A stretch of 30,071 bases of DNA, from contig JAWXCN010000070.1 of assembly GCA_034408725.1 (NCBI GenBank), positions 1 through 30,071 on the forward strand, written 5' to 3'. The notes under the pieces were generated by a model that saw only the letters and a list, made by a program, of their open reading frames with translations, made no database searches and was not told the origin of the DNA. The translations under genes were made by a program, and so were the position numbers. Shown here piece after piece: positions 1-7,424 of the stretch. Each line of letters begins with the position of its first letter. Within the stretch, counting starts at the first letter, position 1. This DNA is from Candidatus Hydrogenedentota bacterium. GTDB taxonomy: Bacteria; Hydrogenedentota; Hydrogenedentia; Hydrogenedentales; SLHB01.

Positions 1-945
1 AAGTAGTAATGATGGAGCGAGACGGTAGCCGCCGCAGACTTCACGCTTCTTCCAGACCGCATGTGCGCAATAGAGGACAAATGCCGCGCCCGCGATCAAG
101 AACAGCGCGCCCAGGGCATGATGCACCGGCAACCCCCAGGGCAGCCGGCGGATGTGGTCCAATGCGTCCTGCAGGCTTCCCGCAAACACGTTGAAATACG
201 TCGTGAACACGCGCGAGATCGGCGTCCAGGTGATCCAGGCGGTTTCCTTTTCCACGTTTCCGGACTGCACAAAGTGAATCCATAAGGGAATCAGCGCGTA
301 GAATGGCAACTGTACCGCAGTCCACAATGTGATCCATTTAATTTGCCGCGGCCGCGTGATAAGCAGGTATACGCCTTGCGCGAACGGCAACAGCAGCGCG
401 AAGAAATGCGTGAAGCACACAAGGATGGTCGCGGCGATGTTTATGGCCCACCATTTGCGCCGGCCAGACACGCTGGCCTCGTGCAGCGCATACATGGCGA
501 TGGCCGCGAGCAGGAGTGTGAGCGAGTAGTTGCGGATTTCCTGCGACATGTAAATCTGTATTTTAGCCATTGACATGCACAGTGCGGCGGTAAAGCCGCC
601 CACATGGCCGAAGAGGCGCCGGCCAAAGAAATACACCACCGCAATCGCGGCAATTCCGAAGATCACGGAAAGCATGCGCATCCCTACAACGGACGCGAAG
701 CCAAGGTTGTACCAGAGGTACGCCGAACCGTAGTACACCGGGACCGTCAGCGGATCGTGAATGGCTTCGCCGCGGTAGAACTCGAGCAAGGTCGGGCTGT
801 CCAGAAAGGTGTACGTGATGCATTCATCGAACCAGATCGATTCGCCCGAAATACCCCACAGGCGCAGGCCCAATGCCGCGACCAACAATATGATCAATGT
901 TGCCCAATGCGCGGCGCGCATGGGTTCCGGTTTTTGCACGTCCAT
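1..945 (-). CDS. Glycosyltransferase family 39 / PMT-like (GT-C) membrane protein, 3' end runs off the window
   Basis: Not in the ORF track because the stop lies outside the window. Manual translation from ATG 945 gives MDVQKPEPMRAAHWATLIILLVAALGLRLWGISGESIWFDECITYTFLDSPTLLEFYRGEAIHDPLTVPVYY, colinear with the 970..2484 protein (ESIWFDE, PVYY, QEIRNY). GGGGA RBS upstream. Confidence 0.88.
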   Translation of the reverse strand, partial: MDVQKPEPMRAAHWATLIILLVAALGLRLWGISGESIWFDECITYTFLDSPTLLEFYRGEAIHDPLTVPVYYGSAYLWYNLGFASVVGMRMLSVIFGIAAIAVVYFFGRRLFGHVGGFTAALCMSMAKIQIYMSQEIRNYSLTLLLAAIAMYALHEASVSGRRKWWAINIAATILVCFTHFFALLLPFAQGVYLLITRPRQIKWITLWTAVQLPFYALIPLWIHFVQSGNVEKETAWITWTPISRVFTTYFNVFAGSLQDALDHIRRLPWGLPVHHALGALFLIAGAAFVLYCAHAVWKKREVCGGYRLAPSLLL

Positions 946-969
946 TGGATTCCCCGCTACCGCACGACC

Positions 970-2484
970 TTACGCCGCGGCTTTTACTGCTCCCGCAGGC
1001 TCCACCAAGTACAGATACGTATGCCACCTACCCTTAAACAACCATCGGGTGAACTTCAGGTTCTGCTCTTCTGCAACGTCTTCCACATACTCCGGTTCAA
1101 ACCGATCAGGCACCTGAATGAACCAAACCCACACTCGCTGCCCGGCGCTCGCCGCCTCCGCGGCCCGATCAACGAAGTCTTCGCTACCCGAAATCGCTTC
1201 CTTGGGAATGTTCGCGTAATACCGTAACGGCAGCTCTACGGTGTCGAAACACGCGAAGACACGATCACCTTCCCGGAATTCGGCGCGAAGAACCGTGCCC
1301 GTCGAGCGGAAGTCGTGCCGGAGTGGGCGCGCGGAATCCACGAGGTTTCCCGCGAAAATAAGCAGAAGCACTCCGAGCGCGGTATATTGCAAGGCTGGCC
1401 TGGGAATCGCGGCGATTGCACCGCCAACGATGAGATATAACGCGACAGCCGAGTAGAGCACGTACCGTTCGATAAAACAGGGCTGGATGATGCGGCCGAG
1501 AATGAACAACGCCGCGGGCGGCACAAACAACCAGACCAGCAACATCAAAACGGCGCTGGGTTGATACCCCTCACGCGAATCGGTTTTCTCGCGGTATTGG
1601 CGTACGCTATAGGCAATAAACCAGGCGCCGGCGACGAGCATACCCATGCCAAGCAGATGATGGACGGGTATTCCGAACGGCAGCACGCGGACGAAGTCCA
1701 TGGCGTCTTGCAGGCTGCCCGCGAACACGTAGTAGTACGCATCGAACGCACGGCTGAGCGGCGCCCAGGGAATCCAGCCCGTTTCATCCAGTTCGCTTGT
1801 GACAATGGTGCTGATCCATACCGGCATGAGCGCGAGAAAAGGCGCGTGCGCGGCGGTCCACGCGCAAATCCACAGCACGCTTTTCGGGCGCGTGAGCAAC
1901 AGGTAGACGCCTTGCGCGAGCAGGAGCAGCAGCGCGAAAAAATGGGTGTATGCGAGCAGTATGTTTACCGCGACGTTCGCGATCCACCATTTGCGCTGGT
2001 CCGACTGGACGGCGCGCTGAAATATGTACATTGCAATCAACGCCACGAGCATCGTGACCGCGTAGTTGCGAATCTCCTGCGACATGTAAATCTGTAGTTT
2101 TGCGAATGCCATGCAGGCCGCCGCGGCGAGCCCCGCGACGTGGCTGAACATGCGCCGGCCCCAGTAGTACACGCCCGCGACCGCGAGCATACTTGCGAGC
2201 ACGGAGAGCAACCGCACACCAACGATGGACGTGAAACCAAGGTGAAACCAGCCATAGGCCATTGCGTAGTACACCGGCACCATGACAGGGTCGTAAACGC
2301 CCTCCGCGCGAAAGAACGCTATGAGGCTCGGGCTGTCGAGCCACATGTAGGTGACGGCCTCGTCGAACCAGATCGATTCGGTTTGAATGCGAAATACGCG
2401 CACGGCGAGTGCAAGCAGCAGGATTGCTCCAAGCGACGCCCAATGCCAGGCGGTCATTTTTTCGCGCGGATGTTCCACACTCAT
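970..2484 (-). CDS. Glycosyltransferase family 39 / PMT-like (GT-C) membrane protein
   Basis: Polytopic hydrophobic protein with ESIWFDE loop motif, SQEIRNY, YTHFF and ERY. ATG 2484 (MSVEH) is preceded by GAGGA, so it is preferred over the TTG at 2520. Confidence 0.88.
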   Translation of the reverse strand: MSVEHPREKMTAWHWASLGAILLLALAVRVFRIQTESIWFDEAVTYMWLDSPSLIAFFRAEGVYDPVMVPVYYAMAYGWFHLGFTSIVGVRLLSVLASMLAVAGVYYWGRRMFSHVAGLAAAACMAFAKLQIYMSQEIRNYAVTMLVALIAMYIFQRAVQSDQRKWWIANVAVNILLAYTHFFALLLLLAQGVYLLLTRPKSVLWICAWTAAHAPFLALMPVWISTIVTSELDETGWIPWAPLSRAFDAYYYVFAGSLQDAMDFVRVLPFGIPVHHLLGMGMLVAGAWFIAYSVRQYREKTDSREGYQPSAVLMLLVWLFVPPAALFILGRIIQPCFIERYVLYSAVALYLIVGGAIAAIPRPALQYTALGVLLLIFAGNLVDSARPLRHDFRSTGTVLRAEFREGDRVFACFDTVELPLRYYANIPKEAISGSEDFVDRAAEAASAGQRVWVWFIQVPDRFEPEYVEDVAEEQNLKFTRWLFKGRWHTYLYLVEPAGAVKAAA

Positions 2485-2597
2485 GGAAGGTCCTCGTTGC
2501 GGATCGGCGCCCCTGGACAAAAAAAGAAGCTACACAGACGTATGCCTGGCCCGCACGGCTCGTGAGTATACGACGGCCGTGGGACGTAATCACACCG

Positions 2598-3824
2598 TTA
2601 CCTGCGGCGAAGCAGCCTGCGCGCGGGCCGGCGCGGCCCAGGTTTCGGTTTCGCGTCTTCTTTGGATTGGTACAGGGAAAGCACCGGCGGCGCGCCGTCC
2701 CATTCTGAGCGCGGGAGATTGCGGCCCAAGGCCCGTTCGATCGTTTCCAGCGCGGTATGCTCGGCTGGGCTAACGAACGTGATCGCGTCGCCCTCGGCCT
2801 GCGCGCGAGCGGTACGGCCAATGCGGTGAATGTAATCCTCTGCCGTCGGGGGAATGTCATAATTGATGACGTGCGTAATGCCTTCGATATCCAAACCACG
2901 CGCGGCAACGTCGGTTGCGACGAGGATGGAATACCTGCCTTTACGAAACCCATCGAGCGCCTGTTCGCGCAACCGCTGGGAACGGTCGCCATGAATGCAC
3001 GCCGCCTTGTAGCCCTTTTTGTGCAGCATCGTCCCGATACGCTCGGTGCGGTCTTTTGTGCGAAGAAAAATGACGGCGGACGTGATGTTCTGTTCTTCGA
3101 GGATTTTCAGGAGCAGGCGCGCCTTGTCCTCCGGCATGACCGGATACATGAGCTGCCGGACACTGTCAACGGGACGCGCAATGAGCCCAACGCTGATGCG
3201 TTCGGGCTCGTTCATCATCTCCGAGGTTAGCCGCGCGATTTCGTCGGGGAACGTCGCGCTAAACATCATCGTCTGGCGCTCGCGGGGAAGTTGGCGCAGA
3301 ATGCGGCGGATGTCGGGAAGGAACCCCATGTCGAGCATGCGGTCCGCTTCATCAAGCACCAGGATGCGCAATTGGGGAAACGCGACGTTGCCTCGGCCCA
3401 TGTGGTCGAGCAGGCGCCCGGGTGTGGCGACGATTATCTCGCGGCCGCGTTTGAGGTCCTGGGTCTGCTTGTCCATGCCGACGCCGCCGTAGATGGCCGC
3501 GCTGTGCATGTGCAGGGATTTGGCCAAAATCTGGATGACGCGCTCGACCTGGACGGCCAGTTCACGGGTAGGCGTCAGTACCAGCATCTGGTTCCGCGTG
3601 TTGTGCTCCGACGCCAACCGCGTCAATGCCGGAAGCGAAAAGGCGAGCGTCTTGCCTGTCCCCGTCTGCGCCACTGCGATTACGTCACGTCCGGCGAGCG
3701 CGATGGGCATTGCCTGGGCCTGGACCGGTGTAGGGGTAATTATCTGCTGTTCATGCAGGACCCGGAGACACCTCGGGTCGAGTCCGAAATCGTCAAATGT
3801 CATGTAGTCTGAAGGTGCTTTCAT
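2598..3824 (-). CDS. DEAD-box ATP-dependent RNA helicase (RhlE-like)
   Basis: Q motif PTPVQ, Walker A AQTGTGKT, PTRELA, TPGRLLD, DEAD, SAT, ARGLD, HRIGRTAR, and a basic C-terminal tail. Confidence 0.96.
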   Translation of the reverse strand: MKAPSDYMTFDDFGLDPRCLRVLHEQQIITPTPVQAQAMPIALAGRDVIAVAQTGTGKTLAFSLPALTRLASEHNTRNQMLVLTPTRELAVQVERVIQILAKSLHMHSAAIYGGVGMDKQTQDLKRGREIIVATPGRLLDHMGRGNVAFPQLRILVLDEADRMLDMGFLPDIRRILRQLPRERQTMMFSATFPDEIARLTSEMMNEPERISVGLIARPVDSVRQLMYPVMPEDKARLLLKILEEQNITSAVIFLRTKDRTERIGTMLHKKGYKAACIHGDRSQRLREQALDGFRKGRYSILVATDVAARGLDIEGITHVINYDIPPTAEDYIHRIGRTARAQAEGDAITFVSPAEHTALETIERALGRNLPRSEWDGAPPVLSLYQSKEDAKPKPGPRRPARRLLRRR

Positions 3825-3922
3825 CTAGCGTGATGGCTTATGTATTTTCATGCTGCAAACCGCGAGTATACACGGTTAACAGCCATTATGCTAAGCGATT
3901 GAAGTCCGTAGGCATAATGGAC

Positions 3923-4822
3923 CTACGCATCCCCGCTTTCGATAACCGCATGGGTCAATTCATCGATCTCGGCCATCGTCATGCCGCGGGCGCGCTGGAT
4001 TCGGTCGAACCGTTTCTGAAACTGTCCCACCGCGAATTCGGTGAAATCCGATACTTTTAGTTCAAATGGCACGGGATCGTATGAACCAAGGGTTTCTTCG
4101 ACAATGCCAAGCGCCGGACCAATCAGTTCGTTCATGGCGCCCTCGACGACGTCCCACAAGCCGGGATGTTCCGCCATGAGCCGCGACAGCAGGTAGACGC
4201 CATAGGCAATGTGGCGCGCTTCGTCTTGTTTGATGTGGCTAACGCCATCGCGCTGCGCCGGCAGTATCTGGAGCCTGTCACACACGGTGAAGTAGGCGTG
4301 ATAGCCCGTTTCGGCGAGCACGCCTTCGATGATCATGTTATATGTCGCCGATGCCTTGGCCAATGCGGCCGGGGATGAATCGGTGGTTAGCGCGTTCATG
4401 GTGGTGGGCAACACTTCGTAAAACAGATACCGGTAGTTCGGTCCGTGGAAATGGCTGATATCGCCCGTGACGCCCGCAACTTCCGTGAGAAAGCGCTGAA
4501 AGAAATCCACGTGCTTCGCCTCTTCCCACAAGAACGACGTAAGATAAATCTCTTCTTCAACCCGGCCGTCGCGGCCCACGGCGCCGATCAGCGGCAGCAG
4601 ATCGAGAGTCACCGCTTCTTCGCCGGCCTGAAACACAGACGTGAGATGGATCAGCAGCGTCTGCTCTGACTCCGTCAAGCGTTCCCAATCTTCCCTGTCC
4701 TTCGTGAAATCAAAGTCGCTTGGGTTCCACACCCCGATGCGTTTTGCTTTCTCGAACAGCTTCATCGGCGCAAGACTTCGATCCAGACCGCGTGATGTTG
4801 TCGCAAACGTCGCATGTGCCAT
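3923..4822 (-). CDS. R2-like ligand-binding oxidase (R2lox, Mn/Fe ferritin-like)
   Basis: KLFEKAKRIGVWNP, GEEAVTLD, EEAKH, YNMIIEGVLAETGY and DEARH match R2lox metal ligands and the Tyr/Val cross-link positions. Start placed at ATG 4822 after AAGGGAG. Confidence 0.92.
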   Translation of the reverse strand: MAHATFATTSRGLDRSLAPMKLFEKAKRIGVWNPSDFDFTKDREDWERLTESEQTLLIHLTSVFQAGEEAVTLDLLPLIGAVGRDGRVEEEIYLTSFLWEEAKHVDFFQRFLTEVAGVTGDISHFHGPNYRYLFYEVLPTTMNALTTDSSPAALAKASATYNMIIEGVLAETGYHAYFTVCDRLQILPAQRDGVSHIKQDEARHIAYGVYLLSRLMAEHPGLWDVVEGAMNELIGPALGIVEETLGSYDPVPFELKVSDFTEFAVGQFQKRFDRIQRARGMTMAEIDELTHAVIESGDA

Positions 4823-5126
4823 CCGGTCCATCTCCCTTGAGTAATACTGATTCGCCACAAGATCGCAATATTGTACTCTCAGTTGCGCCCACGGCATCAA
4901 GTTGCGCATCTGCCCCGGGCAACATCGAACAAAGGGTGCCTGAAGACGCCACGCTTCTGGCCGCAATTATTGAATTACGCATTACAGACAGTATTCTGCT
5001 TTTTACGCATAGCGTTTAGAATCAATGAGTTACGATAAATCCGCGAATCAATTTGCTTTTTAGCCAAGAATTTTCAATTCCGCCAAAAATAACCACCCGA
5101 AACCCTCCAAATTCCATAAAAAGTGG

Positions 5127-5155
5127 AAGACAACGCCCCCTCATTATGGTATGCT
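5127..5155 (+). promoter_or_regulatory. Putative sigma70 promoter (AAGACA, 17 bp spacer, extended -10 TGgTATGCT)
   Basis: -35-like AAGACA at 5127-5132, TG at 5147-5148, TATGCT at 5150-5155. The predicted start near 5162 coincides with the first hairpin of the structured element. Confidence 0.5.
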
Positions 5156-5161
5156 GCCCTT

Positions 5162-5438
5162 TGCCTCCCTGGAGGCATTTGAACAGTTTAAGCCGTCGGG
5201 GCAGGCGGCCTGCCGCATCTAGTCCTCGCGTTTTGTCGTTGAGATGGCGTTCATCCGAACGGTGCTTTGCCATTCCACTGTTCGGGTGTGGTGCAGCGTC
5301 CTCAACCCGGTTTCGGGCAACGGCGAAATGCGAATGATCGGATACTCAGTGCGGGTGACCGTGACTGCCGTCTTGTACGCCTCCTACGCGTTTCCTCCTT
5401 TCGGAGACGGTAATGGCAGGTTCGCCCCCCGACGCTTA
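5162..5438 (+). ncRNA. Candidate structured non-coding RNA of unrecognised family
   Basis: Nested helices: 5162-5167/5172-5177; a ~24 bp closing stem 5189-5215/5414-5438; 16 bp 5226-5241/5318-5333; 13 bp 5252-5264/5276-5288; 5306-5309/5314-5317; GUGA tetraloop hairpin 5350-5363; 5366-5373/5405-5412. Nearly all non-Watson-Crick pairs in these helices are G-U on the + strand. Confidence 0.7.
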
Positions 5439-5517
5439 TGATAATTTTCCCTCCCGGTTTCATCGCGACGCCGTTTCCCGCTTTACAGTTTTACGCGTAG
5501 CGTGCAATGATGCTTCC

Positions 5518-7149
5518 ATGCCAACCCACCTGCGATCAGTAATCGTTTGCTTTATCGCGGTGTCATCTCTCGCCGAGACGCTGTATAACGGCATCGAGTT
5601 GCCGGCACAGTGGCCACCCGTGGATCGCGCTCCCACGCGCGAACCTATGCCGGTACCCTATCTGAAGAACCCACCGCCAATTATTCCGATTGACACGGGG
5701 CGGCAACTCTTCGTCGACGACTTTCTCATCGAAGCTACGGATCTCAAGCGGACATTCCACGCGGCGGCCTACTATCCCGGGAACCCGGTGATGGCGCCGG
5801 ACAGCGAATGGGAGAATGGCGAGTCGAAGGGATTTCCCGCGCACACGGCGATGGTGTTCAGCGATGGCGCATGGTTCGACCCGCAAGACCAGTTGTTCAA
5901 GATGTGGTACATGGGCGGGTATACCAAATCGACATGTTACGCGGAATCAAAAGACGGCATTCGATGGACCAAACCTGCGCTGGACATCGTCCCCGGTACG
6001 AACATCGTTCAAACGGACCAGCGCGATTCCTCGATCATCTGGCTGGATTTGGAAGAAAAGGACCCGCAACGCCGGTATAAAATGTTTTTCTACAGACGTC
6101 CGCAGGATGACGGCACGTACTCGATCTATTTTTCTGCCGACGGCAAACACTGGGGCGAGCCGTTGGGCAAGTCTGGCCCGACGGGTGATCGCACGACGGT
6201 GTTTTACAATCCGTTTCGAAAGGTATGGGTCTTCAATGTTCGTGGTTACACACCGGAGGTAGGACGTTTCAGGGAATACCACGAAGGACCCGACGTCATG
6301 TCCGCGGCAAATTGGAAGCCCGGCGAGTCTACATTCTGGATCGGCGCGGACACGCTGGACCCGATGCGCGAAGACCTCAAGACTCGCTGTGAATTGTATA
6401 ACCTCGATTGCGTCGCGTACGAAAGCGTGATGCTCGGTCTCTTTTCCATCTGGCGTGGGCAACCCGAAGACCGCGCGAAACCGAACGAGATTTGCGTCGG
6501 ATTCAGTCGCGACGGGTTCCATTGGGATCGGCCCAGCCGCGCGCCGTTCATCCCGGTGTCAGAGAATTACGGCGACTGGAATTGGGGCAACGTGCAATCC
6601 GCCGGCGGCTGCTGTCTCGTCGTTGGCGACAAGCTGTACTTCTACGTCAGCGGCCGGAAAGGCGTGAAGGGATCGACGTCATCGGGTGTGTGCAGCACCG
6701 GTCTTGCCACGCTACGGCGCGACGGGTTCGCGTCGATGGATGCCCTGGGAACCGAGGGCACGCTCACGACACGTCCGGTGAAGTTCACCGGCAAACATCT
6801 TTTTGTCAATGCCGACGCGTCACAGGGCGAAATCCGCGTCGAGATTCTACCCGTGTACTTCCTCGGAGGAAGGTTAGTCATACAACCAGGACAGGAGACG
6901 GCCATCACCGGGTTTGATGCCGCGTCCTGTGTCCCCGTTACAAAAGATTCGACGCGCGCCGGTGTGACCTGGAAATCCGGGGAAGACCTCTCCTCCTTGG
7001 TGGACCAACCGGTCCAGTTCCGATTTCACATCAAGAATGCCCGCCTGTACTCATTCTGGGTCAGCCCCGGCGATTCCGGGGCGAGCAACGGCTTCGTCGC
7101 CGCGGGAGGGCCGGGATTCATGGGCAACATTGATCGAGGCGAGGAATAA
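5518..7149 (+). CDS. Secreted five-bladed beta-propeller glycoside hydrolase-like protein (GH32/GH43 clan-like)
   Basis: Signal peptide MPTHLRSVIVCFIAVSSLA, RQLFVDDFLI, FKMWY, YAESKDGIRW, FSRDGFHWDR, LATLRRDGFASM, and a C-terminal beta-sandwich. The start position is approximate. Confidence 0.75.
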   Translation: MPTHLRSVIVCFIAVSSLAETLYNGIELPAQWPPVDRAPTREPMPVPYLKNPPPIIPIDTGRQLFVDDFLIEATDLKRTFHAAAYYPGNPVMAPDSEWENGESKGFPAHTAMVFSDGAWFDPQDQLFKMWYMGGYTKSTCYAESKDGIRWTKPALDIVPGTNIVQTDQRDSSIIWLDLEEKDPQRRYKMFFYRRPQDDGTYSIYFSADGKHWGEPLGKSGPTGDRTTVFYNPFRKVWVFNVRGYTPEVGRFREYHEGPDVMSAANWKPGESTFWIGADTLDPMREDLKTRCELYNLDCVAYESVMLGLFSIWRGQPEDRAKPNEICVGFSRDGFHWDRPSRAPFIPVSENYGDWNWGNVQSAGGCCLVVGDKLYFYVSGRKGVKGSTSSGVCSTGLATLRRDGFASMDALGTEGTLTTRPVKFTGKHLFVNADASQGEIRVEILPVYFLGGRLVIQPGQETAITGFDAASCVPVTKDSTRAGVTWKSGEDLSSLVDQPVQFRFHIKNARLYSFWVSPGDSGASNGFVAAGGPGFMGNIDRGEE

Positions 7150-7283
7150 AATTTTTTAATCAAAGGTTTGTATGTTTTTGCCACGTAAGTGTTTAGCGGT
7201 GTTCTTGCTTTTATAAACGGGTACAACTATTAGATTGATCCAATGAAAAAGGAAAAGACCCTTTCTTTACTTTACTTTGTGGC

Positions 7284-7355
7284 TAAGAAAAGGAAATGGC
7301 GTTATCTTTATCTTAGCTGTCGTGTAAAATAAAGATAAGGCGCTTTTCTTATCTT
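7284..7355. repeat. AT-rich nested inverted repeat with four TTATCTT copies between convergent genes
   Basis: TAAGAAAAG 7284-7292 / CTTTTCTTA 7343-7351 (perfect) and TTATCTTTATCTTA 7302-7315 / TAAAATAAAGATAA 7325-7338 (13/14). Confidence 0.65.
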
Positions 7356-7424
7356 ACAATCAAGTCTTGTACTGATACTGCGCGCGCCATCCGCCGGCCT
7401 TGAAGTTTTCGAGCTTCATTTGCG

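Noticed and set aside
1784-2992. 402-aa Arg-rich ORF and similar overlapping ORFs (604..1227, 11876..12889, 28239..28967)
   Set aside because: Alternative-frame or antisense overlaps of well-supported genes, with low-complexity Arg/Ala composition.
3923-4822. Ribonucleotide reductase beta subunit (nrdB/nrdF)
   Set aside because: The motifs fit R2lox, and there is no adjacent alpha subunit.
5188-5438. RNase P RNA on the minus strand (GAGGAAA, CTAGATG and CGGCTTA look-alikes)
   Set aside because: The P4 pairing (GAAAGUCC with its partner) and the ACAGAA motif are absent, and the G-U pattern favours the + strand.
5162-5438. Retron msr-msd, bridge RNA or omega RNA interpretation of the structured element
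   Set aside because: No reverse transcriptase, IS110 recombinase or TnpB/IscB is present in the window.
7150-7378. Replication origin (oriC)
   Set aside because: Only one near-DnaA box (TTAGCCACA, minus strand 7278-7286) and no origin-associated genes.
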